Positions 1 to 11,881 of a DNA stretch of 64,000 bases are shown here, piece by piece. The notes beneath the pieces were generated by a model, which was given only the letters and a program-made list of their open reading frames with translations, was not told the origin of the DNA and made no database searches. A program made the translations under genes and the position numbers. Positions within the stretch are counted from its first letter, which is position 1. Every line of letters begins with the position of its first letter. The stretch comes from Eledone cirrhosa (lineage: Eukaryota): the NCBI GenBank assembly GCA_964016885.1, contig OZ024743.1:320912001-320976000 (forward strand), given 5' to 3'.

Positions 1-1551
1 AGTGGTAACTAAGAAAATACATAAGCAAAAAGACAATAATCATAAAATGTATCTTTAAGAAGGTATAAGGTAGCTTCAGTGATCTAACCCTGTATTATCA
101 CAAAAAAACATTCTAAAATTATTGATACAGGATTAAAAATTATTACAAAATCATTACAAAATTACCACAAAATCATTACAAAATTATCAAATTATCATAA
201 AATTATCGCAAAATTATTACAAAAATATAACAGGATGAACAGTACTGGTGACCGTGTGGGCGCGATATCCATTCTGCCTATGCAGTCCCCTGCACAACTC
301 CAGGCACGATATCCATTAGGCGTAAGCAGTCATCTGCATAGCTCCAGGCGCAGCTGGTCTTGTTTAAACGTTCATAGATCACCTGGGGTTCACTATTATC
401 TGCGTGGACTCTCTGGGAGATGTACCTGTGGATCTAATAGCCAGTGGTTGCCGGATGTGGTCCGTTCGATCTTTTAGTTTCAGGGGTTGAACGCTTTCGC
501 GATAGACGAGCCTGCTGGTTCTAAGTCCAAGGTTTCGCCACGCATGATGGATTGGTCCACATGCTATATTGTTAAAAAACCAGTGTGGATTTGACTGGGG
601 TGGTATATTACGAACTCCAAGTCCACACGCGACTGGTCAAAAGCGAAGGGCTGTCCTCTCTTTGTTTGCTGTATGGGTCGTTCTCAGCTTAGATGGTGGT
701 CGTGTTATCCATATTCCGTCAGCCCTGTATATTCAAGACAGATCAGGGTATGTATTTGCGGGTATGGTCCTGCGTCTACGTTATCCAGAGGGTCTCGCTT
801 GTGGTATTTTCAAGTTCGCATGTCATCTCCCGGTTAAGACTGCGCATGCTTCGGTGAATCTCAAGCATGGAATCTTAGGGTATCATATTACACGGGGTGA
901 CCAGCAGAAAATATACATTCTATGCTATCGCGCACGCGCTGGCCTGCGGCTACGACCGTGTCCAGTCTCGGCAGACAGCAGGTAGACCAGCTATACACAC
1001 CCCCGATCAGGGGGAACAACCCCTAACTTATCGAGTGGTCAGACTTCAAGGGAGTCAACTCTCCAAGCCCATTATGTCGACCGTGGTGAAATACAAAAAG
1101 AATTCCTATTAGTAAAGAACTAATCACTGATAATAAAGAACCAGCTCCAAAGAATGGGGGGGGCATCTATTTGGGCGGGGGTTTACTAAGGGAGGGGGTG
1201 GGGTGAGTGGCTATAGGCAGGGAGCGGCCGCCATATTTGGTGTTTTGTTACTGTTTCCCTAGGCAGTTCTCGAGTTTGTTGACATACATCTCCGACGGCA
1301 CCCTCTCAGATTAGTCAACGTGGTTCCAGGCCCTCACGATGTCCTGCATCGCAGGCATCAGCTGCCCCCAGGTTGCCCAGCAACAGTGTTGCCACCAATC
1401 CCAGGTTGGCAATTGGGACACAGGGTCGTCTGTTCCTCACCAGAGTCCCCATCGCCAATCGGGGAGCCGAGGCATCCATGCGGCCGGGGTTACCACAGAG
1501 CACCCTGTACGCCAGCGGGGCCGCCACGTGCAGGACTGGGTGGTGTCATGG

Positions 1552-4143
1552 CTATGTGTCCGGTCTGAAGAAAAAGAAAGAGCTAAGTATGGTATGGGGG
1601 CAGGACGAGAAGATTTCTGATCTCCTGTTGAGCAAGTTGAGCCCTGAGAATACTATGGCATGAGATTCAGATAGGCACAGGCTACAACACCTGCTCAACG
1701 AGCTATATGGAGGAGCCTTAGTAAGGCATCTCCAGCTGAGTGTGTAGGGGATTTTTGTTTGTTTTAAGCTATGTATATGCTCCGCTAACGACGTGGTATT
1801 TTTAAGCTTCTCATATCGGAAGCTATGCTGGTGGGCGTTGAACCTCGTCTTGAACTCATTAGCGGTTGATCCTACGTACGTCTTAGTATACGTGCCTGTG
1901 GTTACGTTACAAGCATATACCACGTTCCTGATAAGGCAGTGTCCAGCTAGTGGGCATTTGTCCTTCCTTCTGCAATTACACTCTTTAGTAGGGACATGCC
2001 CCTCAATCAGGGGTGCATGTCCCTCCAAGCGGCCGCGGGGCTGCCTAGTGGGACCGGTTCTATTGCCTAATATCCACCTGGGTCTTTCACTCAGTGGGTT
2101 GGTCCCGTGTTGTCGTGTGTGCTGGCGTGGTTCACTATTTCGGATGGCCTTAAGTCCCTCTTTGATCTTACTCTTATTGGTCTTAGCTAGGTGTGAGGCC
2201 AGATTAGGGGTTGTAGAGTACGATAGCTTGACAGTATTCTTATTGATGACACTACCGTACCTACTACCCGGGGGGAAGTTCTTATCTATTAAAGAGAAAA
2301 AAGATTTGGGGAGGTCTGTAGTAACATTAGAGTTGAAGGGCGGGTTAAAGAAGGTACTATCACGTCTTCTATTCCTTCCACTGCGTTTCCTATCCCCTAT
2401 GCAGTTTGCCCTCTCTTCGTCTATATTATTACTGGTTCCACCAGGTGTGGTTGCTGTACACCCAGTGGTATGTGCGTTGGTCTCAAGTCTCCTAGGCCTC
2501 TGTCCCCCGTTTTCACTGTTGGACTTGCTCGGGGCGGCATAGCGCTTACCAGGCGTGCGGGCCCTGTCCGTGTCTGCGTTGCGAGTGTTGCTGTTCTTAT
2601 CTAACTTCCTATTGTCCCTATTCGTCTTTCTAGCTCTCCCTCCAACTCCCATGGACATATTTAGCGTGATTACAGTGCTGGGCTGGGGTGGCGGGGTGGT
2701 GCCGCCTGTCTCAACATAATGGAGTTTATCCTTGTGCCCTGACCCAGCTAGCGCCTTATTGTAATATTCCGCGTTCGCTTCAAATGCGGTCACGCTGCTA
2801 GATAGTCCGCTAATCCTACTAGATACTCCCTTAACTATTGCTTTGAGGACTGAGCCTGGGTGTTTGGAGCCGGCATTGACGTACGTCAGCCTTTCGTTAG
2901 GTTTATGGTACGGTGCATATTCTAACTTATCTAGGTCTAGTGTGGCATCTAGAAAGTTGACTACCTTACTATTTCTATCCATAGTTATTGATAGGTTAAA
3001 ATTCTTGAAGAATTTATAAAGGTCCTTTCTAGTTCTTTCTAGGTTGTGCCGTTTAAAGTCCACAGTAAGCAATGCGTCGTCACGGTATAGCCCACCTCTG
3101 AGGTGTGGGAGCTGCTCGTTGAGCTCCTTGAGCAGGTACAATCCGACGAGCTCTGTCACCTGCGCTGAGTCGCTAGACCCCATAGTGATGTCGAAATTGT
3201 TACGAGTGTTCTTGCGCGTCCACAATTCATCCTCAAATGTGATAATTGTTTTACGAGCGGCAAGGACTATGTCAATCTGGGATCTAGCGAGTCCGCCCGT
3301 CCGCATTGCCAACATGAGCGCCTTATTTAGTAGTATGGGGGATATAGACGTATAATAGGAGTCTATATCGAACTGGATGAAGCGTAGTGACTTGTGGTTG
3401 CTAATGCTTGAGAACCACTTTATCACTTCTGCAGTGTTTCCCCATAGGTCCAGGCTAATCCTGTCTTTAACTTTCGGTATGACTTCATCTAGTATTTTTT
3501 TACTTATAATCCCTATGTCAGATTTAGAGGGGCTAATGAGCCTGACAGAGGGGCTACTTGCAAAGTCCTCCTTATGGTCTTTCAGTGTGAACCTTGGTTG
3601 TCGGGGGGTATAAGGTTGTGTGAATTTCTCTAATCCTAGCTTCGTTACTATCACTTTAGCCTCCCTGTTAATCTCATCTAGGTTGGCTACAGTGGTTTTT
3701 TTATAGTTTTTATGTAGCTCGTTGTATATGAAGCCGCGGTATTCCTCATAGCTCAGGTTGTACATATTCCTAGTCTTGTCCGAGGGTACTAGTATACACT
3801 TTCTGTCCTTAAAAGATTTAACTAGTGATTCTAACTTTGTTTGGAAGCCGCTACGCTTACAGTTTTTTCTTTTATATCTAATAGACCGGACGAGAGACAA
3901 AAGGTCACTCTCAAATTTATCGAGCAGAGGGTTATGGGGCGGGCTCCTAAATGTCCTAAAACCATACTTATTATTCGATGGACTCTCTAGTGGGGCGTTA
4001 CGGCGCCTATCGAAGTGAAAAGTGCGCCATCTTATTCTCCTTACAAACGAGTTAACGCTGGTTATAAGCTGCTTTTCATAAGTACCCCTTGGTGGTATGG
4101 GTATATTCTTAAGTGATAACGGAAGATGGTCCTTTGTCAGCAT
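1552..4143 (-). CDS. Penelope-like (Naiad-type) reverse transcriptase + GIY-YIG endonuclease, about 863 aa
   Basis: N-terminal SLKNIPIP..F.RRIRWR; RT motifs FIQFDIDSYY, ITMGSSDSAQV, GGLYRDD, NFLDATL; CNC..CPL...C, VVY..YVGST...F..RF..H; terminal C..C..E..LNRRSE...CPH. The ORF track starts at GTG 4167; the first ATG is at 4143. Confidence 0.93.
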   Translation of the reverse strand: MLTKDHLPLSLKNIPIPPRGTYEKQLITSVNSFVRRIRWRTFHFDRRRNAPLESPSNNKYGFRTFRSPPHNPLLDKFESDLLSLVRSIRYKRKNCKRSGFQTKLESLVKSFKDRKCILVPSDKTRNMYNLSYEEYRGFIYNELHKNYKKTTVANLDEINREAKVIVTKLGLEKFTQPYTPRQPRFTLKDHKEDFASSPSVRLISPSKSDIGIISKKILDEVIPKVKDRISLDLWGNTAEVIKWFSSISNHKSLRFIQFDIDSYYTSISPILLNKALMLAMRTGGLARSQIDIVLAARKTIITFEDELWTRKNTRNNFDITMGSSDSAQVTELVGLYLLKELNEQLPHLRGGLYRDDALLTVDFKRHNLERTRKDLYKFFKNFNLSITMDRNSKVVNFLDATLDLDKLEYAPYHKPNERLTYVNAGSKHPGSVLKAIVKGVSSRISGLSSSVTAFEANAEYYNKALAGSGHKDKLHYVETGGTTPPPQPSTVITLNMSMGVGGRARKTNRDNRKLDKNSNTRNADTDRARTPGKRYAAPSKSNSENGGQRPRRLETNAHTTGCTATTPGGTSNNIDEERANCIGDRKRSGRNRRRDSTFFNPPFNSNVTTDLPKSFFSLIDKNFPPGSRYGSVINKNTVKLSYSTTPNLASHLAKTNKSKIKEGLKAIRNSEPRQHTRQHGTNPLSERPRWILGNRTGPTRQPRGRLEGHAPLIEGHVPTKECNCRRKDKCPLAGHCLIRNVVYACNVTTGTYTKTYVGSTANEFKTRFNAHQHSFRYEKLKNTTSLAEHIHSLKQTKIPYTLSWRCLTKAPPYSSLSRCCSLCLSESHAIVFSGLNLLNRRSEIFSSCPHTILSSFFFFRPDT

Positions 4144-4377
4144 ACTGTCAGTGTATTGAAAAGCCACCCCAGGGCGGTGTGTTTTTCAGTGAAGGTTAAG
4201 CTCTACCGGAGGGAGCTAAATAAGTAAGATGTATGGTAGGTCGTATGTGAATCGCGATGATCACGTCTGACTTACCAAATATGTGACGGTAGCTAGTTAA
4301 GCTCTATGCGTATACGCAGAGCAGAAATATTAGTTAAAAAGAACAAAGGAACTATTATGACATTATAACAAGTTTAT

Positions 4378-4424
4378 TGCCGACAGCCGTTTCGTCCGAC
4401 CCCATGGTGGGACTTATCAAGGCA
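4378..4424 (-). ncRNA. Minimal type I hammerhead ribozyme, U3-A8 core variant
   Basis: Minus strand: tgcc-TTGATAA-gtcc(caccatggggtc)ggac-GAAA-c(ggct)g-TC-ggca. Stems I and II pair, cleavage triplet is GUC, and it lies upstream of the PLE ORF. Confidence 0.85.
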
Positions 4425-5199
4425 TATAACATGTGATTGCAAGATCATTGTTCACATCAACGTATCACTCAAGGCTAGCAGTTTGAAATTGTTGTATACA
4501 TCAGCAACTCCGCTTTAAGGGGGCTCTTTTATATTAGTTGTCGGGGTCAGGGATTGAAGTTTAAAAATTAGACAAAAATATATAATTCACGCATCAACAT
4601 TAAACCAAAAGACTTGGGGTCCCGTAGAAGCACCTCAGAAAATCCCTCAATGAGTGCATAAAGCTTACAGGCCCCAATACACCTATTAGTCTAGAAGAAA
4701 ATTAAGAGGCTAATAAAATAAGAAAATAAAAATATAAAGTTTCCCTAAAAAATATATAGAGTTCCTATGAAATTTCTTATAGAGAAAAAATTTTTTTTCC
4801 GAAAGAAAAAAACCTTCTTCCCCCGAGATCACGTTTACAAAATTCAGAAAACTGAATTGAAAACTAGGTTGAAAGAAACTAATCAATTAGAGGTTAATTC
4901 AGAGAGCCTTCCATAAATCTCTCAGAAAAGGCCCCTTTACTATTTCGAATAGTAAACTCTTCGCTAGGACACCCGTTAGAACAGCCAAGTGCTGTCAATG
5001 ACAGTGATGGTCAAAAATGCTTCAGAGGATAAAGACCAGTGGCCAGACACGTCAACAGGGTGATAATCCACAAGGTGTGGTGTGACAAGTAGATGAAATA
5101 TAGAAAATTTGAAAGGGGAGAACGACAGGGAGATGTGTCTTCGCGTATAGAAATGACTGGAAAAAGGAAATAAGGAAAGGCGATGTACAAGACAAGTTC

Positions 5200-5311
<112 letters not shown>

Positions 5312-5749
5312 CACATCTTTACCCTCATCAGCTCTCCAATCAGCAACATGGTTTTGCGCGATTTAATTGAGAGTACCATTATAAAATATTGGATTGTGTC
5401 ACAGAAAAATAAATCTTTCTGCTGGTATGATGTTTGTTATAAAACAAACACCGGAGATATTAAGACGAAAGAAGAGGATAGTGGAGCTCAAACCGTGGTG
5501 TCTGTCCTAAATAGAAAGATAATCATAGCTATGATAATGTTAAATGAATAAACATCATTGTCTCTGATCGAATCAAAGTGTGAGTATATTTGAATTCATA
5601 TAAAATTAGAAAACTCATTGCTAGTACAGCCGTTAAAACAACCAAATGCTGTCAATGAGACTGATGGGCAAACTTGTGTATGTATGTATGTATAAATGCA
5701 TATACATATAAATATCTAAACAAAAAAAAGTCTAAAGGCTGCCTTAAGC

Positions 5750-5950
5750 TCATTTGGCCGGTGCTTATCCCGGTTTCCTGGCGTGAAGCAGGGCTAAATC
5801 CTCAGCTATTGTTAGTACTCATTTTCAGCTGAATATACTGGAGCAACGTGAAATGTAGTGTTTTGCGCAAGAACACAACACGCAACCCAGAAATCGAACC
5901 CACGATAATATGATCGTAAGTCCAACACCCTTACCACTAGGCCACGTGCC
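5750..5950 (-). mobile_element. tRNA-derived SINE (related partial copies near 7225-7285, 13440-13500, 54400-54545)
   Basis: Minus strand begins ggcacgtggcctagtggtaagg...gggttcgatttc (A/B-box-like), followed by a shared ...ttcacgttgctccagt...cagctg body found at several sites. Confidence 0.7.
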
Positions 5951-6280
5951 TAATTATATATATATACATGTGTGTGTTTGTGTACATTGGACACCCGTTG
6001 CTTTCTACAATTAGTGTACCAATTGAATTATCTGATCACTTTTATCTATTGGAAAGAGCAAACATTTATTTGACCTGCATAAATCGCAAAAAAGACACTC
6101 ACGAATAACACTCGACTCGCTTAAGAAAGGAATTCGGGATGTGACGAGATTTTTTTCACCATAAGTTACTCTAACATGAATAACATGAAATCTAACAATT
6201 TTGATATTATTATGATTAGTATATGTTGAGGAAAATCTTGACACCACTCAGAAAATTTCACATGTTCTATTTTCAATCAG

Positions 6281-6452
6281 GCAAAAGAGACTATACTATT
6301 AAATGACTGCTCGAAAGCCGTCACCTGTAAAGAAGATGGAAAATATGTGGAGACGACACCATGCCCCATAGGATTTGAATGTTTGGTTGAATACGGTAAA
6401 CGTGTGTGTAAATGCCCACCTGGATTTGCACCTTTGAAAGGTGTATGCAAAG
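6281..6452 (+). CDS. Exon of PAN-domain gene: Cys-rich/EGF-like module
   Basis: tttcaatcag|...|gtatgt; encodes AKETILLNDCSKAVTCKEDGKYVETTPCPIGFECLVEYGKRVCKCPPGFAPLKGVCK; ends in phase 1. Confidence 0.8.
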
Positions 6453-6757
6453 GTATGTAGAGGGATATTAATTTTGTTTTACTAAACTTCATATTTGATT
6501 AATGGTTTGAAGGTTGTTATATGTATATATGTATACACACAATATGACTGAAGATGAAGATTAACAAGTGAGATTCATTCCTTAATTTCTACGTCGGTTT
6601 CAATACGGTTACAATGTTACATGCATAAGTAAAAAAACGAGAAATAATTATCAACTTCATTTCGTCTGGAAAATGGGAGAAAGCAGAAATTTTGCCAAGT
6701 TCAAATAGTAACAAGAATAGACTTCATATCAAACACTGAGCCTAAAGCAAGCAATTG

Positions 6758-6803
<46 letters not shown>

Positions 6804-6809
<6 letters not shown>

Positions 6810-7031
6810 AAAAATAGATGAAATCGAAAATGCAACTGGAGTCTTATTTAAAAACATATATAGATATTTATTTGGTTTCTCACAGATGTGAGAAAAACCA
6901 CAGACCCTCCATCTCAACTCTACTTTTGAAAAGCAGAAGAACTGCGAAACCGGTAAAGGAACTAAATAAATATCTATATTTTTTAAAAATAAGACTCCAG
7001 TTGCATTTTCGATTTCATCTTTTTTTCTTTA
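6804..7031 (+). mobile_element. Short Penelope-type remnant with inverted tail, adjacent to (TA)n
   Basis: About 70-bp inverted repeats (6804-6878 vs 6958-7031) enclosing a hammerhead core. Confidence 0.6.
6921..6960 (+). ncRNA. Minimal hammerhead ribozyme, U3-A8 variant, short stem I
   Basis: ctt-TTGAAAA-gcag(aagaa)ctgc-GAAA-ccgg-TA-aag; perfect stem II and palindromic ACCGGT stem III. Confidence 0.65.
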
Positions 7032-7135
7032 TACTTTCACTCGTGTAGGACACCTCGGTTATTTTTCATTCTGTAAAAAAAAAAAAATCTCACTTTCTAA
7101 TATATATATATATATATATACATACATTTCTATAT

Positions 7136-7217
<82 letters not shown>

Positions 7218-7279
7218 CTTGACCAACCTGGCTGGTACTCATTTCTACAGCTGAGGAAACTAGAGCAACGTGAAATAAA

Positions 7280-7320
<41 letters not shown>

Positions 7321-7652
7321 ATGGAGTTTTTTGACGTATTGAAATAGACGAAGAAATTAAGGAATGAAGTTAAGTTGATAACCTTGGTCTTTTGTCACAT
7401 TGAATATTAATGATCTTCTACCCGAAATGTCTTCAAAAATAACATTAACCCTCGATGACTACTTCGCTTGTTTTAAATTCCTGATGAACCGAGTATTTTA
7501 CTGTGCATAGAGCTTCTCTCACCTTACCAAAGGTAATAGTGAAGTACTCCACTATTTTATATATTATAAAGTATATATATATAATTTTATTAAGGCTAAA
7601 TAGTGAGTTTCACCTGTTTATCTCAGCCGTCAACCACATACGGATACACACT

Positions 7653-7741
<89 letters not shown>

Positions 7742-8271
7742 TATAAAGTACGAGGAATCAGTATTGCATCAAATCACAATTTATTAACATATTACATATG
7801 TTTCTCAGTCGATCAGCTCGAGGCAAGATCTGTTACAGATCGAACCTGACTCTGCATTTGAAGCGTCTTCATGTCTTCAAACATCTCAGCTGTTCTTTAT
7901 CTGTAGTAAATATGAGCATCCTGTTATTATGGCCTTTTCATTGGTTCAGTAATCCCATCATCACCATCTTTCTGTCCACTTTCGTTTATCCATTGGTTGA
8001 TCAAAAGGCCGTATTCATTCATGTGTCACCTGTGAGTACACAAAGTTGTTCACCAGTCACTACTACTTTACCATTCTCACACCACCCATTTCCCACATAT
8101 ACATATACACGCTCACATATATATATATATATATTAGAAGTGATTAAAAGTGGCACTAACATTGTAGTGGTACATATACGATATATTCAAAAACATTCGA
8201 AAGACGGTATTAATACTTTTATATTATATATGAACATATGCTATATATATATTTTCCCATACACCCCTATG

Positions 8272-8307
<36 letters not shown>

Positions 8308-10175
8308 GTGTGTGTGTGTGTGCGTGTGTGTGGGTGCGCGTGTGTGTGTGTGTGCGTGTGGGGGTGTATGTAACTGACAACATCCAAACACGATAAATAT
8401 AGTGTGAAAGTTTATTGAGGAGTCTCCGTTCCAAATCTCATAAAAATACATTACCATTAGCAAGAATATTTAAATTTTGACAAACATGTTTTTTGTAGTC
8501 ATGATTCATTTCGATTCTTATTTTACGTCCATTTCATTCTCTATTGATTTGGGAACAAGAAGGACATTCCCTATACTAAAAATGAATTGCTACATTCTAT
8601 ATATGCAACAAAAATATTTGATGTAATTTAATTGTCCTGGGCCTCAGCAAAAAAACAATTAAAGCTTTATTTTTTAGCCATATATATTTAAGCTATCTAA
8701 GAGTAAACACATCATTGACAAGGATCAACGTCAAAGAATCTTAGGTTTGATGCTTAAGACAAAAGAAATAATTTATATTGTTCAAATAAATTAGTTTTTA
8801 TAACTAGAATCAAAGCTATGAGTTTTGTGGAGCATTGTGTACATTTCTCATGACAATAACATTGAGATTATTTCTACAGATCTAATCTGTAAAATATCAA
8901 AATAATTCTTTAATTCTTGACTACTATTCCTACTCATATTAGAGCACTGTGTTAATTATGAAGTCTGTACCGTCAAATATATAAAGTTATCCATGTACAG
9001 CTCTTGTAGGTGAGGGAATTCCTAGTTAACAATAAAAAGAAATTAGCTGCAACACAGACGAATATTTGAATCCTCTTTCCCTGTTCTTTCTTGTTTCCTT
9101 TCAACGTCGAAAATATGAAAGAAGTAGGAGAATATTATATTATGCACAATATTATTGCAGCCAACTTCTGCAACTGCTGGCTTTAAATTAAATAAATTCA
9201 CTTGTTTATGATTCATTAATGAAAGTATTATACGCAATTAGCGGTGATATAATACAGGAAACAAATTAAGTGATAGCTAAGTCCAAAACAAACATTTATC
9301 TGTATCAGCGTATAAGTTTTGATTAAAATTATAAACAGGATAAAATTACATATGCAGGAAACCGTTTCTAGAAAAATAGTGAAATTCATATTCAATTTAA
9401 AAAAAATAAAAATAAACAAGCTGTGAAATCCTTGTATAACTTTTTATATCTGATAGGTGACACTAGATTGCGATTAAGAGATTAAAACATTTGAGGTTAT
9501 TCCAGTTGAAATAGCACATTTAAAAATAACAATCAGTATTATATTTGTAAAAGATTCTTTAAACTTGGCTCATTATGCTATATGTTCAGTAAATGTTGGT
9601 GTGATAACCAAATATTTTCTAAAAATTAGGAATCTTTTGTGAAATGCTTTCAACAAGATGTACACATAGAAACAGTTTTAACTACAAACTGTAAGTTCTT
9701 AACAGTTAAATTAATAGAAGTGTTGAAATTTATATATCGAGGAGAGATACAATACTTCATCCATGAATATGAGAGCGTCAGCCGATACTTCAGCTGTTGA
9801 AATGCCACAGTATTGACTAAATCCTTATAGAAGTTCATGTTCCTCCGAAAACAACAGTAAAACATTGAACGGGCTGGAACAATGATCATTTCTACTTTTT
9901 TCTTTCTGACTTTTAGTTTCTAAAAATATTACAAATAAATGTGAGATCAAATCTGTATAAAAGCAACTCTATGAATTGTCATAGAGTTACGATTGGTTAA
10001 TAGCTTAACATGAATATATTTACTGACAAATGGGTTGAAATTAAAACAAAAGAGAGTAGTGAGCATAGTGATGCATTAAGAATATCTTTATACATTTTGT
10101 TCTAACAATAAAAATGTTGACATTTTAATAAATATTTTTTTATTGTATCATCTGTATCTTCTTTTCTCTTTTCAG

Positions 10176-10193
10176 ATGTAATTGACCCACCAC
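10176..10193 (+). CDS. 18-nt microexon of PAN-domain gene, (D)VIDPP
   Basis: cttttctcttttcag|...|gtaagc; phase 1-1; joins neighbouring exons in frame. Confidence 0.6.
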
Positions 10194-10991
10194 GTAAGCC
10201 TGATCATTTTATTTTATTTTATCAATTTTAAAGGTTGAACGAATCTTTTTATTATGTATCAGTCTGACAAATCCTGGTATACAGCTTCGACTTAACCGCT
10301 GCACCTGTGTGCAACACTTTTACGTGTTCCAGATAATAAGTTATTAATATTATTGATTAAAATGCTCGGGGGCTTTCTTATATCTCATGACTTCATGTGG
10401 AGAACAACTAAATGTATTCTTGCAAACAGTATAACATTTGGTGTTTCGGCACCCCTATATTTAATAACGGATGCAAAATTGCCAAGTAAAAGTGGTTATA
10501 CAATATATTCAAATATACTATTGGTGTCATTTTAGACAGAAAATATCATTCTAAGCACAACTTATTGCCATATCTATGTTATTATATCATCAAGACAGAG
10601 CCACTTTAAGTTTTAACTTAGCCTATTTCTCAGTTACACGTGTCTGAAATATTCGGTACAGTACGGCTTTTCATTGAGGGTAGATTACACTGTAAACATA
10701 TTAAATGCTAATGATTGCGTTGTTAGAGGCATTGAACTGCCAACCTATGTTCCTGTTATTCATCCCCAGTACTTTCTTATTGTCTTTAGCGAAGTCAACA
10801 TCCGTTAAAATGATTTAGTTCACCAAGCTGAGTAATTTCACGAAGTTATAAGTTGATAATACAACATGATCCTCATGTGAAACATTATTACATTCTAAGT
10901 TAAAACATCGAAGATCAATTAAAGAGAGGAAATTAATCACTTGTTATGTGTCATTTTAAAAATCGTTAATCTAATTTAATTTCTACTTCAG

Positions 10992-11027
10992 CCAAACCTA
11001 TTGTTGATCCAGATTTCACAAAACCAG
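10992..11027 (+). CDS. 36-nt microexon of PAN-domain gene, (P)KPIVDPDFTKP
   Basis: tttctacttcag|...|gtatat; phase 1-1. Confidence 0.6.
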
Positions 11028-11881
11028 GTATATTTAATTCTTTATGATTAACTCTTGTTTCTTATTTATACATAATATGATTATAACAGTCAACGTTTGA
11101 AACTAATTGAAGGACCTAGTCTATGATGGAGATTAATTATTGTAATAATACTAATCCCAAGACATATATGAGAGAAAAAGATATGTTAGAGGTTTTATGG
11201 GGTTGAGGTTAAACACATCAATATATTGCATGCATGGATCCATAAATCTTGAGGGAGCCCTAGGGGTGCCATATTGACATACGGTCTTTATAGGGCATTT
11301 GTAAACATAGCGGAGCCTAATGTTCTCCATGTCTGAATACAGGATATTTCTTCCAGAGAAAGAATAAAACAAAAGAAAGAGATATAGAAGAAGAATTGAT
11401 CCCAGTATTTGTCTGGTACTCTTTTATCGACCTCGAATGAAAGGCAAATTTGACCTCGGCGGGATTTGAGCTCAGAGTACAGAGGGCCGAAATGAATACT
11501 GAAATGCATTCTATCTGACGTTCTAACCGTTTTGTTAATTCGCCGCCTATATCAACATATTACAAGCAGCAAACGGTGCAGTTGTCGTCATATATATTAT
11601 AATTGTTTCTACTTTTGGCACAAGGCCAGCAATTACCAAGTGCATTACTGGTACTTTATTTTATCGACCTCGTAAGGATGAAAGGCAAAGTTAATCTCGA
11701 CGGGATTAACTTTGCTAGGTTTACAAATGCCCTATAAAGGCCATATGTCAATATAGCGCCCCTAATGGGAATTCATTCTGCCTGTCAACAAAATAATTAA
11801 GTCTCACACACACACACACATACACACATACACACGCACACACATGTATATATATATGTATGTATGTATGTATATATGTAT

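Larger units (their letters stand above)
1..4960 (-). mobile_element. Penelope-like retroelement (Naiad-type), family A; probably continues past the left window edge
   Basis: Intact RT+GIY-YIG ORF with a sense-strand hammerhead about 235 nt upstream of the ATG. No second pLTR copy is seen in the window, so both boundaries are approximate. Confidence 0.7.

Noticed and set aside
235-3613. Short + strand ORFs of the track, including those antisense to the PLE ORF
   Set aside because: No recognisable motifs; shadow frames or chance ORFs.
1552-4143. Selenoprotein-type Naiad (UGA read-through plus SECIS)
   Set aside because: All three PLE ORFs are open without in-frame TGA, use ordinary Cys codons and end in TAG.
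7475-7545. CTGATGA hammerhead-like core
   Set aside because: No GAAA or stem III in register.
8943-9009. Possible extra exon (E)HCVNYEVCTVKYIKLSMYSS with nearby GT donors
   Set aside because: Weak acceptor and ambiguous donor; the gene model reads in frame without it.
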